In this document: in pieces, positions 1 through 8,724 of the stretch
How the letters are laid out: every line of letters starts with the position of its first letter
How positions within the stretch are numbered: the first letter of the stretch is position 1
Source: a virus
Taxonomy: Duplodnaviria > Caudoviricetes
Virus record (IMG/VR): IMGVR_UViG_3300030451_001250
Coordinates: 1-39,924 of that record
DNA length: 39,924 nt
Direction: 5' to 3' (one strand)
Notes under the pieces: model-generated
Database searches by the model: none
What the model saw: the letters and a program-made list of their open reading frames with translations, nothing else
Told to the model about the DNA's origin: nothing
Position numbers and translations under genes: made by a program

Positions 1-181
1 AATGAAAGAGGGTAAGACATTAAAACAAGCTCAAGCAATAGCTTTATCAACTGCTAAAAAACGCAAAAGGAAGTAAAATATAAATAATTACTTTTCTTAT
101 CATGTATGGTAAGTCTAAAAAAACAAAAAAAATTAAAAAAGGAGGCAAAAAGTAATGGGATATACATTCAAAGTCCAGACT
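1..181. repeat. Terminal direct repeat, left copy (circular assembly overlap or DTR)
   Basis: 1-181 (aatgaaagagggtaag...aaagtccagact) is identical to 39744-39924. Confidence 0.95.
102..155 (+). CDS. Lys-rich micropeptide (17 aa, MYGKSKKTKKIKKGGKK)
   Basis: Translated by hand. ATG at 102; its TAA overlaps the next ATG (TAATG), and it carries AAGGAGG, a Shine-Dalgarno (SD) for the next ORF. Confidence 0.45.
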   Translation: MYGKSKKTKKIKKGGKK

Positions 182-268
182 TATGATGAGTCAAACCAAA
201 AACCAAAGACTGAAAATTGCGAAGTAAAGCCTAAAGCCGTTAAACCTAAAAAGAACAAAAGTAAATAA
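155..268 (+). CDS. Small basic protein (37 aa, MGYTFKVQTYDESNQKPKTENCEVKPKAVKPKKNKSK)
   Basis: Translated by hand. AAGGAGG lies about 9 nt upstream, with a TAATG overlap. Confidence 0.55.
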   Translation: MGYTFKVQTYDESNQKPKTENCEVKPKAVKPKKNKSK

Positions 269-283
269 GTGTGGCTTCTTTCC

Positions 284-312
284 GTGACATATCAGGAGTA
301 GATTGATATATT
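284..312 (+). promoter_or_regulatory. sigma70-like promoter upstream of the scaffold gene
   Basis: GTGACA(284-289)-N17-TATATT(307-312), 28 nt before ATG 341. Confidence 0.5.
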
Positions 313-340
313 GATTATTAATTATTGTTAAAATTTATTT

Positions 341-1012
341 ATGTCAGAAGAGCCAATCAAGCCAAACCCTTCTCCTGAACAATATGCAGCTTTACAGGAA
401 GAATTGCAAAAGTTAAAAGCTAATAATGCGAAATTATTAGATCAGAATATTAAAGCAAAAGAAGCAGGTAAGGCTATTCCTCCAGATGTAGATGTAAATG
501 CTTTGATTGCTTATAAGCAAAAGAAAGAGCAAGAGGAACTTGAGGCACAGGGTAAATATGAAGAGGCAAGAGAAAAACTTGCGACTCAATATCGAGAAGC
601 AGAGGAATCCAAAAACAAGAGAATACAAGAACTTGAGCAAAAGCAAAGAGAACTTGAAGTGGAAGCCCCTGCTGTCAGTGCATTAGCTGATGTTGTCCAC
701 GATCCACAATATGTGTTATCAAGAATAAATCGAGATCAACTTGCAAGAGAAGCCGATGGCACTGTTGTTATTGTTGACGGCTATAACAGAACACCTGTAA
801 AAGAATGGGCAGTATCGAAAATGCCTCAATGGGTACAAAAAAACCCTAGACCACAAGGCGGTGGAGCAACAACAACAAAAGTAACTGCTGATGTTATTAC
901 AGGCGAAAACAACCCATTTGCTAAAGAATCTTTCAACTTAACTGAACAGGCTAGATTATATAGAACAGATATTAATAAATATAATATGCTCAAAAACGCA
1001 GTTAGCGGTTAG
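341..1012 (+). CDS. Capsid scaffolding protein
   Basis: Long charged coiled-coil N-terminus, a GGG-containing linker and an NPF-containing C-terminal domain; directly upstream of the major capsid gene. Confidence 0.8.
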   Translation: MSEEPIKPNPSPEQYAALQEELQKLKANNAKLLDQNIKAKEAGKAIPPDVDVNALIAYKQKKEQEELEAQGKYEEAREKLATQYREAEESKNKRIQELEQKQRELEVEAPAVSALADVVHDPQYVLSRINRDQLAREADGTVVIVDGYNRTPVKEWAVSKMPQWVQKNPRPQGGGATTTKVTADVITGENNPFAKESFNLTEQARLYRTDINKYNMLKNAVSG

Positions 1013-1021
1013 TATAGAAAC

Positions 1022-1052
1022 AACTTGTTTGTATAAGTTAGGTGTTGTCACC
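1022..1052 (+). promoter_or_regulatory. Twin UUGU-loop hairpins in the major capsid 5' leader
   Basis: AACTTGT-ttgt-ATAAGTT (1022-1039, one G-U pair) and GGTG-ttgt-CACC (1041-1052). Confidence 0.45.
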
Positions 1053-1082
1053 GAACAGTAAAAATCATTAGTACATTTTTTA

Positions 1083-2120
1083 ATGGCTACATTAAGAAGT
1101 GATTTAATAATCCCTGAGGTTTTTACACCCTATCTGATTGAAGAAACAACTCAAAGAGATGCTTTCTTGCAGAGTGGGGTCGTGACACCTCTAGCAGAAT
1201 TAAATCTATCCTCCGAGAGAGGGGGTGACTTTGTAAAGATTCCTTTTTACAAAGCTAATTTATCTGGAGACTTTGAAGTTTTAACAGATTCAACATCATT
1301 AACACCTGGAAAGATCACAGCTGATAACCAAATTGCTGCTGTTCTTCATAGAGGTCGTGCATTTAGTTCTAGAGACTTAGCTGCATTAGCAGTTGGTGGT
1401 GGCCCAGACCCAATGGCTGCTATCGCTCAAAAAATGGCTGCTTATGTTAATAATCAAAAGCAAAAAGATTTATTCTCTTGCTTAACTGGTGCATTTGGTT
1501 CTATCAATGCAAACGACAGCAACTCTGCTCTGTTTGATTTAACAATTGATTCAGAATCAGGTGATACTCCTACAGCCTTAAGTCCTAGACACGTTGCAAA
1601 GGCTCAGGCTTTGTTAGGTGATCAAGGATCTAAATTAACATCAATGGCAGTTCATTCTAAAGTCTATTACGACTTGGTTGAGCGTAATGCTATTGATCGC
1701 ATTTATGACAACACAGGAGCAGCCGATACAGCAGCAGCTTCTGGTAGTACAGCAGGAGCGTTCCCAGGAACAACTTCTATTCCTACATTTATGGGATTAA
1801 AAGTTATTGTTTCTGATGATGTTCCAACAACAGGTTCTGGTTCTTCCACTGAGTATTCAACATTCTTCTTTACTCAAGGATCAGTTGTTACAGGTGAGCA
1901 AGCACCAATCAGAACACAAACAGATAGAGACATCCTTGCTTTAGAAGAAGCAATGGCTGTGGATCTTCATTACATCTACCATCCAGTAGGTTTGAAGTAT
2001 GCAGTATCTACTGTTAACCCAACTCGTACCGTATTAGAGACAGTTGCCTCTTGGTCGAAAGTGTATGAGACAAAGAACATCGGAATTGTCCGTGCTACTA
2101 ACGTAAGTAACCAAGATTAA
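1083..2120 (+). CDS. Major capsid protein (HK97 fold)
   Basis: 345 aa with the motifs 'SDLIIPEVFTPY', 'GGDFVKIPFY', 'HSKVYYDL' and 'FMGLKVIVSDDVP', typical of this coat family; follows the scaffold gene. Confidence 0.9.
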   Translation: MATLRSDLIIPEVFTPYLIEETTQRDAFLQSGVVTPLAELNLSSERGGDFVKIPFYKANLSGDFEVLTDSTSLTPGKITADNQIAAVLHRGRAFSSRDLAALAVGGGPDPMAAIAQKMAAYVNNQKQKDLFSCLTGAFGSINANDSNSALFDLTIDSESGDTPTALSPRHVAKAQALLGDQGSKLTSMAVHSKVYYDLVERNAIDRIYDNTGAADTAAASGSTAGAFPGTTSIPTFMGLKVIVSDDVPTTGSGSSTEYSTFFFTQGSVVTGEQAPIRTQTDRDILALEEAMAVDLHYIYHPVGLKYAVSTVNPTRTVLETVASWSKVYETKNIGIVRATNVSNQD

Positions 2121-2122
2121 TC

Positions 2123-2488
2123 ATGGCTTCTATTTTTGAAATTGGTGCTGGTAGTTTAATCGGCCCAACAGACGGTGGTACTGTTACTCAGGCTACTAAC
2201 AAATCAACAGGTGTAACTCTCAACACTGAGAGTGGACAGATCACAATGAACAATGCTGCATTAGCTGACGCTGCTGAAGTATCTTTTACAGTTACTAACA
2301 GCAAAGTCGCTGCAACAGATGTTGTCGTTGCTTGCCATGGTTCTGCTGGAACTGCTGGTGCTTATATCGTAAGTGCTAATGGTATCGCAGCTGGATCATT
2401 CAAGATCACAGTTTCCAACGTATCTGGCGGATCTTTAAGTGAAGCTATCGTTATTAACTATGTTGCTTTAAAAGGAGCATCTAGCTAA
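2123..2488 (+). CDS. Putative capsid decoration/auxiliary protein
   Basis: Small Ala/Gly/Ser/Thr-rich beta protein ('VTQATNKSTGVTLN') immediately after the major capsid gene. Confidence 0.6.
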   Translation: MASIFEIGAGSLIGPTDGGTVTQATNKSTGVTLNTESGQITMNNAALADAAEVSFTVTNSKVAATDVVVACHGSAGTAGAYIVSANGIAAGSFKITVSNVSGGSLSEAIVINYVALKGASS

Positions 2489-2626
2489 ATGGGAATGTAC
2501 GCTTTTAGGCGTATGAGAGCGAGGAATGAGGCTGCTCAAAAGGCAGCTTCATTAACTCCAACTCTTGAAAAGCCAAAACCAAAACCAAAGCCCAAAAAGG
2601 TAAAACTAAATGGCAATAACTCTTGA
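2489..2626 (+). CDS. Small basic protein (45 aa, MGMYAFRRMRAR...EKPKPKPKPKKVKLNGNNS)
   Basis: Translated by hand. Starts 1 nt after the upstream stop, fills the gap and overlaps the next gene. Confidence 0.6.
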   Translation: MGMYAFRRMRARNEAAQKAASLTPTLEKPKPKPKPKKVKLNGNNS

Positions 2627-3170
2627 TGCAACAGTTGGTGGTGCTAACGCAAACACTTATATAACACTTGATGATGCAAATTCATTTATTGAGGGTTTAG
2701 TCCTTAGTGATGATGCCGCTGCATGGGATGGTTCAAGCAACGATAATAAGAACCGTGCATTATTTACGGCTGCACAAAGAATTGATCGTGAAAAGTTTTT
2801 AGGAGCGAGGGTAGATGATACCCAGGCACTTGAATGGCCAAGATCAGGAGTAAGAAAACCTGATACTTATACAAATTTGTATGGTTTATCTTTTCCAAAC
2901 AGATTAGTTGCTGATTATTACACCGATACTGAAATCCCAGACCGTGTAAAAAATGCACAGGTTATTTTGGCTGTTTATCTTAACAACAATAGGAATGGGT
3001 TGGAGTTGAGTGGTCTGGAAGATTTTGCGACAGTTAGTATTGGTAATATAAATGCAACCCCTAGATTTTATGGGGCAGTTGGTATTGATCGAATCCCACC
3101 TATAGTTGATCATTACTTGATGGGCATTAGAATAGGTGGAAGAGCAAATTTACAAATTAAGAGGTCTTAA
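2610..3170 (+). CDS. Head-tail adaptor (DnaT-like phage family)
   Basis: Motifs 'GGANANTYITLDDA', 'ALFTAAQRID' and 'QALEWPR'; neck position. Confidence 0.75.
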   Translation: MAITLDATVGGANANTYITLDDANSFIEGLVLSDDAAAWDGSSNDNKNRALFTAAQRIDREKFLGARVDDTQALEWPRSGVRKPDTYTNLYGLSFPNRLVADYYTDTEIPDRVKNAQVILAVYLNNNRNGLELSGLEDFATVSIGNINATPRFYGAVGIDRIPPIVDHYLMGIRIGGRANLQIKRS

Positions 3171-3172
3171 AA

Positions 3173-3412
3173 ATGGGCTACGGCTACCAATACCCAGCAG
3201 GGTTAATTATTACAGATACAAATGCCCACACAGGCAGATTTGGCAAGGTGCATTGTTTATCAAATGCAGAGGTAACTTTAGTTGCTGAGAATTTAACAGA
3301 GAATGGTTCTTCAACAATAAATGGAATTGAAATGAAATCATCATCTGAAATCGAAGGTGTTATCACAAGCATTACTCTTGCAAGTGGTCAGGTCATAGCT
3401 TATTCATTATGA
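3173..3412 (+). CDS. Hypothetical virion protein
   Basis: 79 aa beta-rich ORF coupled within the neck operon. Confidence 0.65.
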   Translation: MGYGYQYPAGLIITDTNAHTGRFGKVHCLSNAEVTLVAENLTENGSSTINGIEMKSSSEIEGVITSITLASGQVIAYSL

Positions 3413-3762
3413 GTCTTGCTAAAGCACTAAAAAAAGCTGCTAGTGCTTCATTAAAGAAGCTTGGTGGTGATGTAACTATCAGAAAAGTGACAGCAGGGGC
3501 ATATAATACCACTACTGGAGCTATAACAGAATCAACATCTGATACGACAATTAAAGGTGCTTTAAGTAATGTTTCAAGAAATCAAGTAAATGATTTAATT
3601 GAATCACAGGATAAGTTGCTTACTATATCTGCTGGCGATCTTACATTTGCTCCAACTACAAAAGATAGAGTAGTCATAAGCAATGTTGAGTTTAAAATTA
3701 TCCAAGTCACGACAAACGAGCAGAATAATACAGCAATAAGTTTTGATCTTATTTTGAGGTAG
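3409..3762 (+). CDS. Head closure (stopper) protein
   Basis: 'GGDVTIRKVTAGAYNTTTG' and 'PTTKDRVVI' pattern of SPP1 gp16-like stoppers; synteny. Confidence 0.7.
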   Translation: MSLAKALKKAASASLKKLGGDVTIRKVTAGAYNTTTGAITESTSDTTIKGALSNVSRNQVNDLIESQDKLLTISAGDLTFAPTTKDRVVISNVEFKIIQVTTNEQNNTAISFDLILR

Positions 3763-3764
3763 TT

Positions 3765-4121
3765 ATGACAAGAAAAATAAGGTTAGACCAAATAGATGAT
3801 GTGATGAGGGAAGCGGTAGAGGATTTAGTAGCTGCAACTACTTTAGAATGGAGTGCAAGAGTGAAAAAAGCGACACCAGTTGACACTGGGAGGCTTCGTA
3901 ATTCATGGCAAACAGATATTAGACAACAAGAATTTACAGGAACAATTATTAATAATGTTCCTTATTCAGAGCCTGTTTGCTTTGGGGTAAAACTACCTCC
4001 AAGTTGGGGTGGTACATATAGAACAAGACAACAAACAGTTCCTGGTTTTCCTGAACTTATAGGAAAAGAACTTGAACAATATGCAAGAGTAGAATATCAA
4101 AAAATAGTAAGAGGCATTTAA
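3765..4121 (+). CDS. HK97 gp10-like neck/tail completion protein
   Basis: Signature 'TPVDTGRLRNSW' and 'NNVPYS'. Confidence 0.8.
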   Translation: MTRKIRLDQIDDVMREAVEDLVAATTLEWSARVKKATPVDTGRLRNSWQTDIRQQEFTGTIINNVPYSEPVCFGVKLPPSWGGTYRTRQQTVPGFPELIGKELEQYARVEYQKIVRGI

Positions 4122-4122
4122 C

Positions 4123-4545
4123 ATGGCTGCTGTAGATTTAAATACCATCAGATCCACGATAGAGGCAAGACTAGCTACAGAACTTGCATCAAGCCCTGCA
4201 ATACCTGTTGTATTTAACAATATGGCATTTGATTCCACAACAGAGGATACTTTTGTGCAATGTCTCACTAGCTTTGGTTCTGGCAGTTATTTAACAATGG
4301 GAGGATCTGCTGATTCTTCAAATAGTGTTGTCGGGTTAATACTTTTAAATATATTTACAGAAGAAGGGATTGGAGCAGGGTCTAACTACACAATTGGCAA
4401 AAGGTTGCGTGACCTCTACAATAATATTACAGTCTCAAATGTAATTTTTGATTCACCTGTTGGCCCTGAAGTCTTAACATCAAGTCCTGAAGGTAAATTC
4501 CAAACACAAATCAGAATTACATTTGAAATATATGAGGATCTTTAA
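4123..4545 (+). CDS. Tail terminator protein
   Basis: 140 aa before the tail tube gene; 'PVVFNN' and 'LNIFTEEGIGAG' pattern. Confidence 0.7.
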   Translation: MAAVDLNTIRSTIEARLATELASSPAIPVVFNNMAFDSTTEDTFVQCLTSFGSGSYLTMGGSADSSNSVVGLILLNIFTEEGIGAGSNYTIGKRLRDLYNNITVSNVIFDSPVGPEVLTSSPEGKFQTQIRITFEIYEDL

Positions 4546-4689
4546 ATGGAAATAACAGAGGAAATGCTTGATGCTATTGAAGCTGTGAAAGGTAGGCGTG
4601 ACCCTGCTTATTGGGATGGCCGTTGCAGACGGTATATGGAAAAGCAAGAAAATTTAAAAAAAGATGTAAAAAAGCCTAAAAAAGGTTAA
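4546..4689 (+). CDS. Small protein (47 aa, MEITEEMLDAIEAVKGRRDPAYWDGRCRRYMEKQENLKKDVKKPKKG)
   Basis: Translated by hand. ATG directly follows the upstream stop and the ORF fills the gap. Confidence 0.65.
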   Translation: MEITEEMLDAIEAVKGRRDPAYWDGRCRRYMEKQENLKKDVKKPKKG

Positions 4690-4714
4690 TATAAAATAAA
4701 TACTTTCTTTTGTT

Positions 4715-5134
4715 ATGGCTATCAAGGGTGATGTCGGGAAAATTATGTTTGAAAACGCTGGCGGTACGGAAGCTGACGTTGGCCAAACAAGGTCTTGGTC
4801 TTTATCTATTACTAAAGATACGATGGAGACAACAAAGCAAGGCGATACTTTTAAAACAAATATCGGTGGGTTGATTCAAGGTGAAGGTTCAGCAGAACTT
4901 CTTTATAATCCATCAGAAACTGGTGCAGGCTACACAACATTTATTGATGATGTGTTAACAACAGGCGATAACGCTGACGCATTATTTGAATTATTTCCTG
5001 ACAAAGACACTTCAGCAAAGAAAATTAGTTTTGCAGGAATTATTACTAATGCTGAATATGGTGCGACTCTTGGTGAAGTTCAAATAATTAATATCAGTTT
5101 CATTACAAGCGGTACTATAACTTCAGCTATATAG
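4715..5134 (+). CDS. Tail tube (major tail) protein
   Basis: 'RSWSLSITKDTMETT..GD..KT.IGGL' tail-tube pattern; upstream of the chaperone and tape measure genes. Confidence 0.85.
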   Translation: MAIKGDVGKIMFENAGGTEADVGQTRSWSLSITKDTMETTKQGDTFKTNIGGLIQGEGSAELLYNPSETGAGYTTFIDDVLTTGDNADALFELFPDKDTSAKKISFAGIITNAEYGATLGEVQIINISFITSGTITSAI

Positions 5135-5165
5135 TAACTTTAAAAAAACTAACCCCACTTAATTC

Positions 5166-5519
5166 ATGCCAAACAAAAGAACCATTGATTTAATTACTGA
5201 ATCTTACGGAGATCAAATGTCTGTAAGAAGAAAGTATGAATTTAAAAATTCAAAAGGTGAAAAAGTTGTTGATTTATATTTTAAGCCATTAACTAGATAT
5301 GACAGGCAGAAGGCTCAAAGTGCAACTGGTACAGATGAAGCTTTAACAGTATCAACTCAGTTACTTTGCCAAATGGCAGAGCTTGAGGATGGCACTAAAG
5401 CATTTAATATTGCAGATGCTCCAAACCTACAAAGGGAACTCCCCGAAAACGTATTAAATGAAATCGAACTATTTCTATTTGATATTAAACTTGATATTGA
5501 TACAGCAAAAAAAGATTAA
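5166..5519 (+). CDS. Tail assembly chaperone (gpG-like)
   Basis: Lies between the tail tube and tape measure genes and ends in a slippery sequence. Confidence 0.8.
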   Translation: MPNKRTIDLITESYGDQMSVRRKYEFKNSKGEKVVDLYFKPLTRYDRQKAQSATGTDEALTVSTQLLCQMAELEDGTKAFNIADAPNLQRELPENVLNEIELFLFDIKLDIDTAKKD

Positions 5520-5677
5520 GGCGAGATAATTGGTTAAATTTTGAATTTTTTCTCGCAACAGAATTAGGTAAAACTTTAAACGAATTAAGGACTTCTATTA
5601 CCGAAGAAGAACTAATATATTGGGCTGCATATTATGAAGTTAAAAATGATAGAGAAAAAAAAGCAAATAGGAGGTAG
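5507..5677 (+). CDS. -1 frameshift extension of the tail chaperone (gpGT-like)
   Basis: Slippery A AAA AAA at 5507-5513. The -1 frame reads KRLRRDNWLNFEFFLATELGKTLNELRTSITEEELIYWAAYYEVKNDREKKANRR* to TAG at 5675-5677, a typical gpT motif (FLA.ELGKT..EL...E...W..YY). Confidence 0.8.
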   Translation, partial: KKRLRRDNWLNFEFFLATELGKTLNELRTSITEEELIYWAAYYEVKNDREKKANRR

Positions 5678-5702
5678 TATATAATAAAGGCTTTTTTATT
5701 TT

Positions 5703-7805
5703 GTGGCACAGGCTAATGTAAAACTTACGGTTGATGCTACGAGTGCGACTAGAGCTTTAAAGGGTGTACAAAATCAAAGCAATCAATTACAAAAATCATT
5801 CGGTGGGTTAAAGACCGCAATAGCTGGAATTGGTTTTACTGTTCTTGCAAAAAATGTAATATCAACAACAGCTAATCTTAAGACTTTACAGTTAAGAATG
5901 AAAGGTCTTACATCGGAATATGGAGAATATGCACAGGTACAAGAATTAGTAACGAAAGCTCAAAATAAGTTTAATTTATCTATAGTTGAGGCAACAAAAA
6001 GCGTAACAGATATTTTTGCAAGATTAAGACCTTTGGGCATTGAGTTAAGAGAAATTGAAACCGCCTTTATGGGCTTTAATACTATTGCGGTTGCTGCTGG
6101 TTTAAATGCCAATGAGATGAACGCAGCGTTTACTCAGTTGGCACAAGGTTTAGGTTCTGGGCGTTTACAAGGCGATGAATTTAGAAGTATTGCAGAGCAA
6201 ATTCCACAACTTTTATCTGCTATTTCAAAAGAAACTGGGATTGCTTCAGGAAAATTAAAAGATTTTGCATCAAAAGGTTTATTAAAAACAGATATTATTA
6301 TTAGGGCCTTAGCAAATTCAACAGAAAAATATCAAGATACTGTAGACAATATAATAAAAAATTCACCAGAGGCAGCATTTAAAGCCTTTAGTAATGCTGC
6401 ACTTGAATTACAATTAACGCTTGGTGATAAATTATTGCCTTCGATTGTAGCGATAACAAAAGCTTCAACTGCATTTGTCAAGGCGATTACTGATTTTGTC
6501 GATAGTGAAGCAGGGCAAGTTACTTTAGCATTTATCGGGATTGCTGCTGCAATAAAAGGTGTAACGGTTGTGGGAACAATTTTAGCTACACAAATTGGCC
6601 TTTTAAAAGCTAGTTTCTTCTCGATGTCTATGGCAGCAGCAGCGGCAAATGGAACTTTGGCAACAACAACCACAATGGCTTTTGCTACTGCTGGAGGATT
6701 TGCAAAGGCTACGGCAGCCGCAACAGCTTTTAAAATTGCACTTGCAAAAACAGGAATAGGTCTGATAATTCTTGGCCTTGGATATTTTACTGCAGAGCTT
6801 TTGAAAGCTATAAATGCACAAAAAGAATTTAATAAAGTTTTGGAGAAAGGAACTGTAGTTGAAACCAAGGAAAAAATAAAAGAATACAGGAAAGAAATTG
6901 AAAAGTTAGAAGCAAGAATAGCAAAAGCAAATGTTGTGGGATTTATTCTTAGAGACTGGTTCTTAAGAGGGGCTGGAAATGCTTCAGATATGAAAAATGA
7001 AATTTCTCAACTAGAAGAGAAAATAAAACAATTACAAAAATCCCTAGAATTAAAAGAAGAATTAAAACTTGCGAAAGATTTTGATAAGGTGAGGAGATCA
7101 CTTTTAGAGAGTAATGAAGAATTAAAGAACATTATTGAGAAATCAAAACTTGAAACTGAAGAAAAAAGAAAACAATTTGACCTTGATCAAAGAAAAAATG
7201 AACTTATTGCAAAATATGGAGAGGATTTAGCCGAAGTAATATTGAAACAAGAAGAAAAGAACAGAGAACTTAAAAAAGGTGTAGACAAGATAAAAGAGCA
7301 AGAGGAAGCAGCTAAAAAACTTGCAGAAACTTTTGAAAAGATAGGAGATTCTATTGCTACAGGAGTTTCAGATGCCTTAGTAGATGCTGTTATGCAAACT
7401 AAATCTTTAGCAGATAGTGCAAGAGCTTTATTGAATGATATTGCTAGACAATTAATGAGACTTGGAATTAATACTCTTTTATTTAATACTTTTGGAGGTG
7501 CTGAGGGAATATTTAAAAATCTTAAGACTTTCTCAACAGGAGGTAGACCACCTGTTGGCAGACCTTCAATAGTAGGAGAGAAAGGCCCAGAATTATTTGT
7601 TCCCTCAAGGGCTGGCACGATTATTCCAAATAATCAATTAGGAGGAGGGGCTTTAACTAATAATATTGTTGTAAACGTAGATATGGACGGAGGTATTGAT
7701 GCAGAAGGAGCAGAACAAGAAGGTAGGGAATTAGGCAGACTTATTGCGGTGGCAGTACAATCTGAGATAATACAACAAAAAAGAGCAGGGGGTTTATTAG
7801 CATAA
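5703..7805 (+). CDS. Tape measure protein
   Basis: GTG start; tape-measure domain 'AFTQLAQGLGSGRLQGDEFRSIAEQIP', a hydrophobic Ala-rich middle and a C-terminal 'VGEKGPELFVP'. Confidence 0.92.
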   Translation: MAQANVKLTVDATSATRALKGVQNQSNQLQKSFGGLKTAIAGIGFTVLAKNVISTTANLKTLQLRMKGLTSEYGEYAQVQELVTKAQNKFNLSIVEATKSVTDIFARLRPLGIELREIETAFMGFNTIAVAAGLNANEMNAAFTQLAQGLGSGRLQGDEFRSIAEQIPQLLSAISKETGIASGKLKDFASKGLLKTDIIIRALANSTEKYQDTVDNIIKNSPEAAFKAFSNAALELQLTLGDKLLPSIVAITKASTAFVKAITDFVDSEAGQVTLAFIGIAAAIKGVTVVGTILATQIGLLKASFFSMSMAAAAANGTLATTTTMAFATAGGFAKATAAATAFKIALAKTGIGLIILGLGYFTAELLKAINAQKEFNKVLEKGTVVETKEKIKEYRKEIEKLEARIAKANVVGFILRDWFLRGAGNASDMKNEISQLEEKIKQLQKSLELKEELKLAKDFDKVRRSLLESNEELKNIIEKSKLETEEKRKQFDLDQRKNELIAKYGEDLAEVILKQEEKNRELKKGVDKIKEQEEAAKKLAETFEKIGDSIATGVSDALVDAVMQTKSLADSARALLNDIARQLMRLGINTLLFNTFGGAEGIFKNLKTFSTGGRPPVGRPSIVGEKGPELFVPSRAGTIIPNNQLGGGALTNNIVVNVDMDGGIDAEGAEQEGRELGRLIAVAVQSEIIQQKRAGGLLA

Positions 7806-8149
7806 TGGCGACCTTTCCAGACATTAAACCTTCGTATGGATCGAGAAAAAATAATGCACCAGATTTCAGACTGATAAGATTTGCTGATGGTTATGAACAC
7901 AGAATAACTTTTGGATTAGCTGCAAATCAAAATCCTAAAACTTTTAACTTTACATGGAATGTCAGTGAAACTGATGCAGATACTATTGAAACATTCTTAG
8001 ATGATAAAGGAGGAACAGAAAGTTTCGATTACACTCCAGCAGGGGAAAGTTCTGCCATGAAGTTTGTATGTGAAAAATGGAATAAAACAATTCCATATTC
8101 AAACAGAGCAACAGTCACAGCAACTTTTAGACAAGTATTTGAGCCATGA
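7805..8149 (+). CDS. Lambda gpM-like distal tail protein
   Basis: Motifs 'RFADGYEHR', 'IETFLD..GG.ESFDYTP' and 'TATFRQVFEP'. Confidence 0.88.
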   Translation: MATFPDIKPSYGSRKNNAPDFRLIRFADGYEHRITFGLAANQNPKTFNFTWNVSETDADTIETFLDDKGGTESFDYTPAGESSAMKFVCEKWNKTIPYSNRATVTATFRQVFEP

Positions 8150-8724
8150 GTACAGACCCCATAGTTTCTGATTTACAAAAAGCCAACCCATCAGCAATTA
8201 TTGAAATGTTTTCTTTAACAACTGATGCAACTTTACATGGATCAGCAGCTACTTATAGATTTCATAATGGCACAAATGCTATAAGTAATGGAGATATTAT
8301 TTGGGCTGGTAATACCTACGTGAAGATGCCAATTACAGCAGAAGGTTTTGCCTACCAACGTGGGCAGATCCCTAGACCAACCCTTACTGTAAGTAATGCT
8401 TTAGGAACTATTACAGCGATACTTTTAAATGTCAATTCAGTCACAACTGGAAACGATTTAACTGGAGCTACAGTTACAAGGATAAGGACTTTGGTAAGAT
8501 TTATTGATAGTATTAATTTTGCTGGCAACACGAATCCATTTGGGACACCAGACCCTACAGCAGAATTTCCACAGGAAATTTATAAAATAGATAGAAAATC
8601 AACAGAAACTAGAGATATTGTTCAATTTGAATTAGCTGCTCCTTTTGATCTCGCTGGCGTAAGAAGCCCCAAGAGAATATGCACTAGAGATAATTTTCCT
8701 AGTATCGGAACTTTTATTACATGA
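8146..8724 (+). CDS. Lambda gpL-like tail tip protein lacking the C-terminal Fe-S domain
   Basis: Motifs 'PITAEGF', 'PRPTLTVSN', 'GATVTRIRTL..F.D..NF' and 'VQFELAAPFDL'; only one Cys. Confidence 0.88.
   Translation: MSTDPIVSDLQKANPSAIIEMFSLTTDATLHGSAATYRFHNGTNAISNGDIIWAGNTYVKMPITAEGFAYQRGQIPRPTLTVSNALGTITAILLNVNSVTTGNDLTGATVTRIRTLVRFIDSINFAGNTNPFGTPDPTAEFPQEIYKIDRKSTETRDIVQFELAAPFDLAGVRSPKRICTRDNFPSIGTFIT

Noticed and set aside
1-181. Terminal repeat as a biological DTR or attachment site
   Set aside because: It starts mid-ORF (inside the 43-aa gene) and ends mid-ORF, which fits an assembly overlap of a circular or permuted genome better. Physical ends cannot be determined without reads.
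6332-7900. Long antisense ORFs over the tape measure gene (and similar ones at 437, 10088, 17682, 20141, 22296, 25346, 33320, 37685)
   Set aside because: These are shadow frames of well-supported genes on the opposite strand, with no motifs or expression signals.
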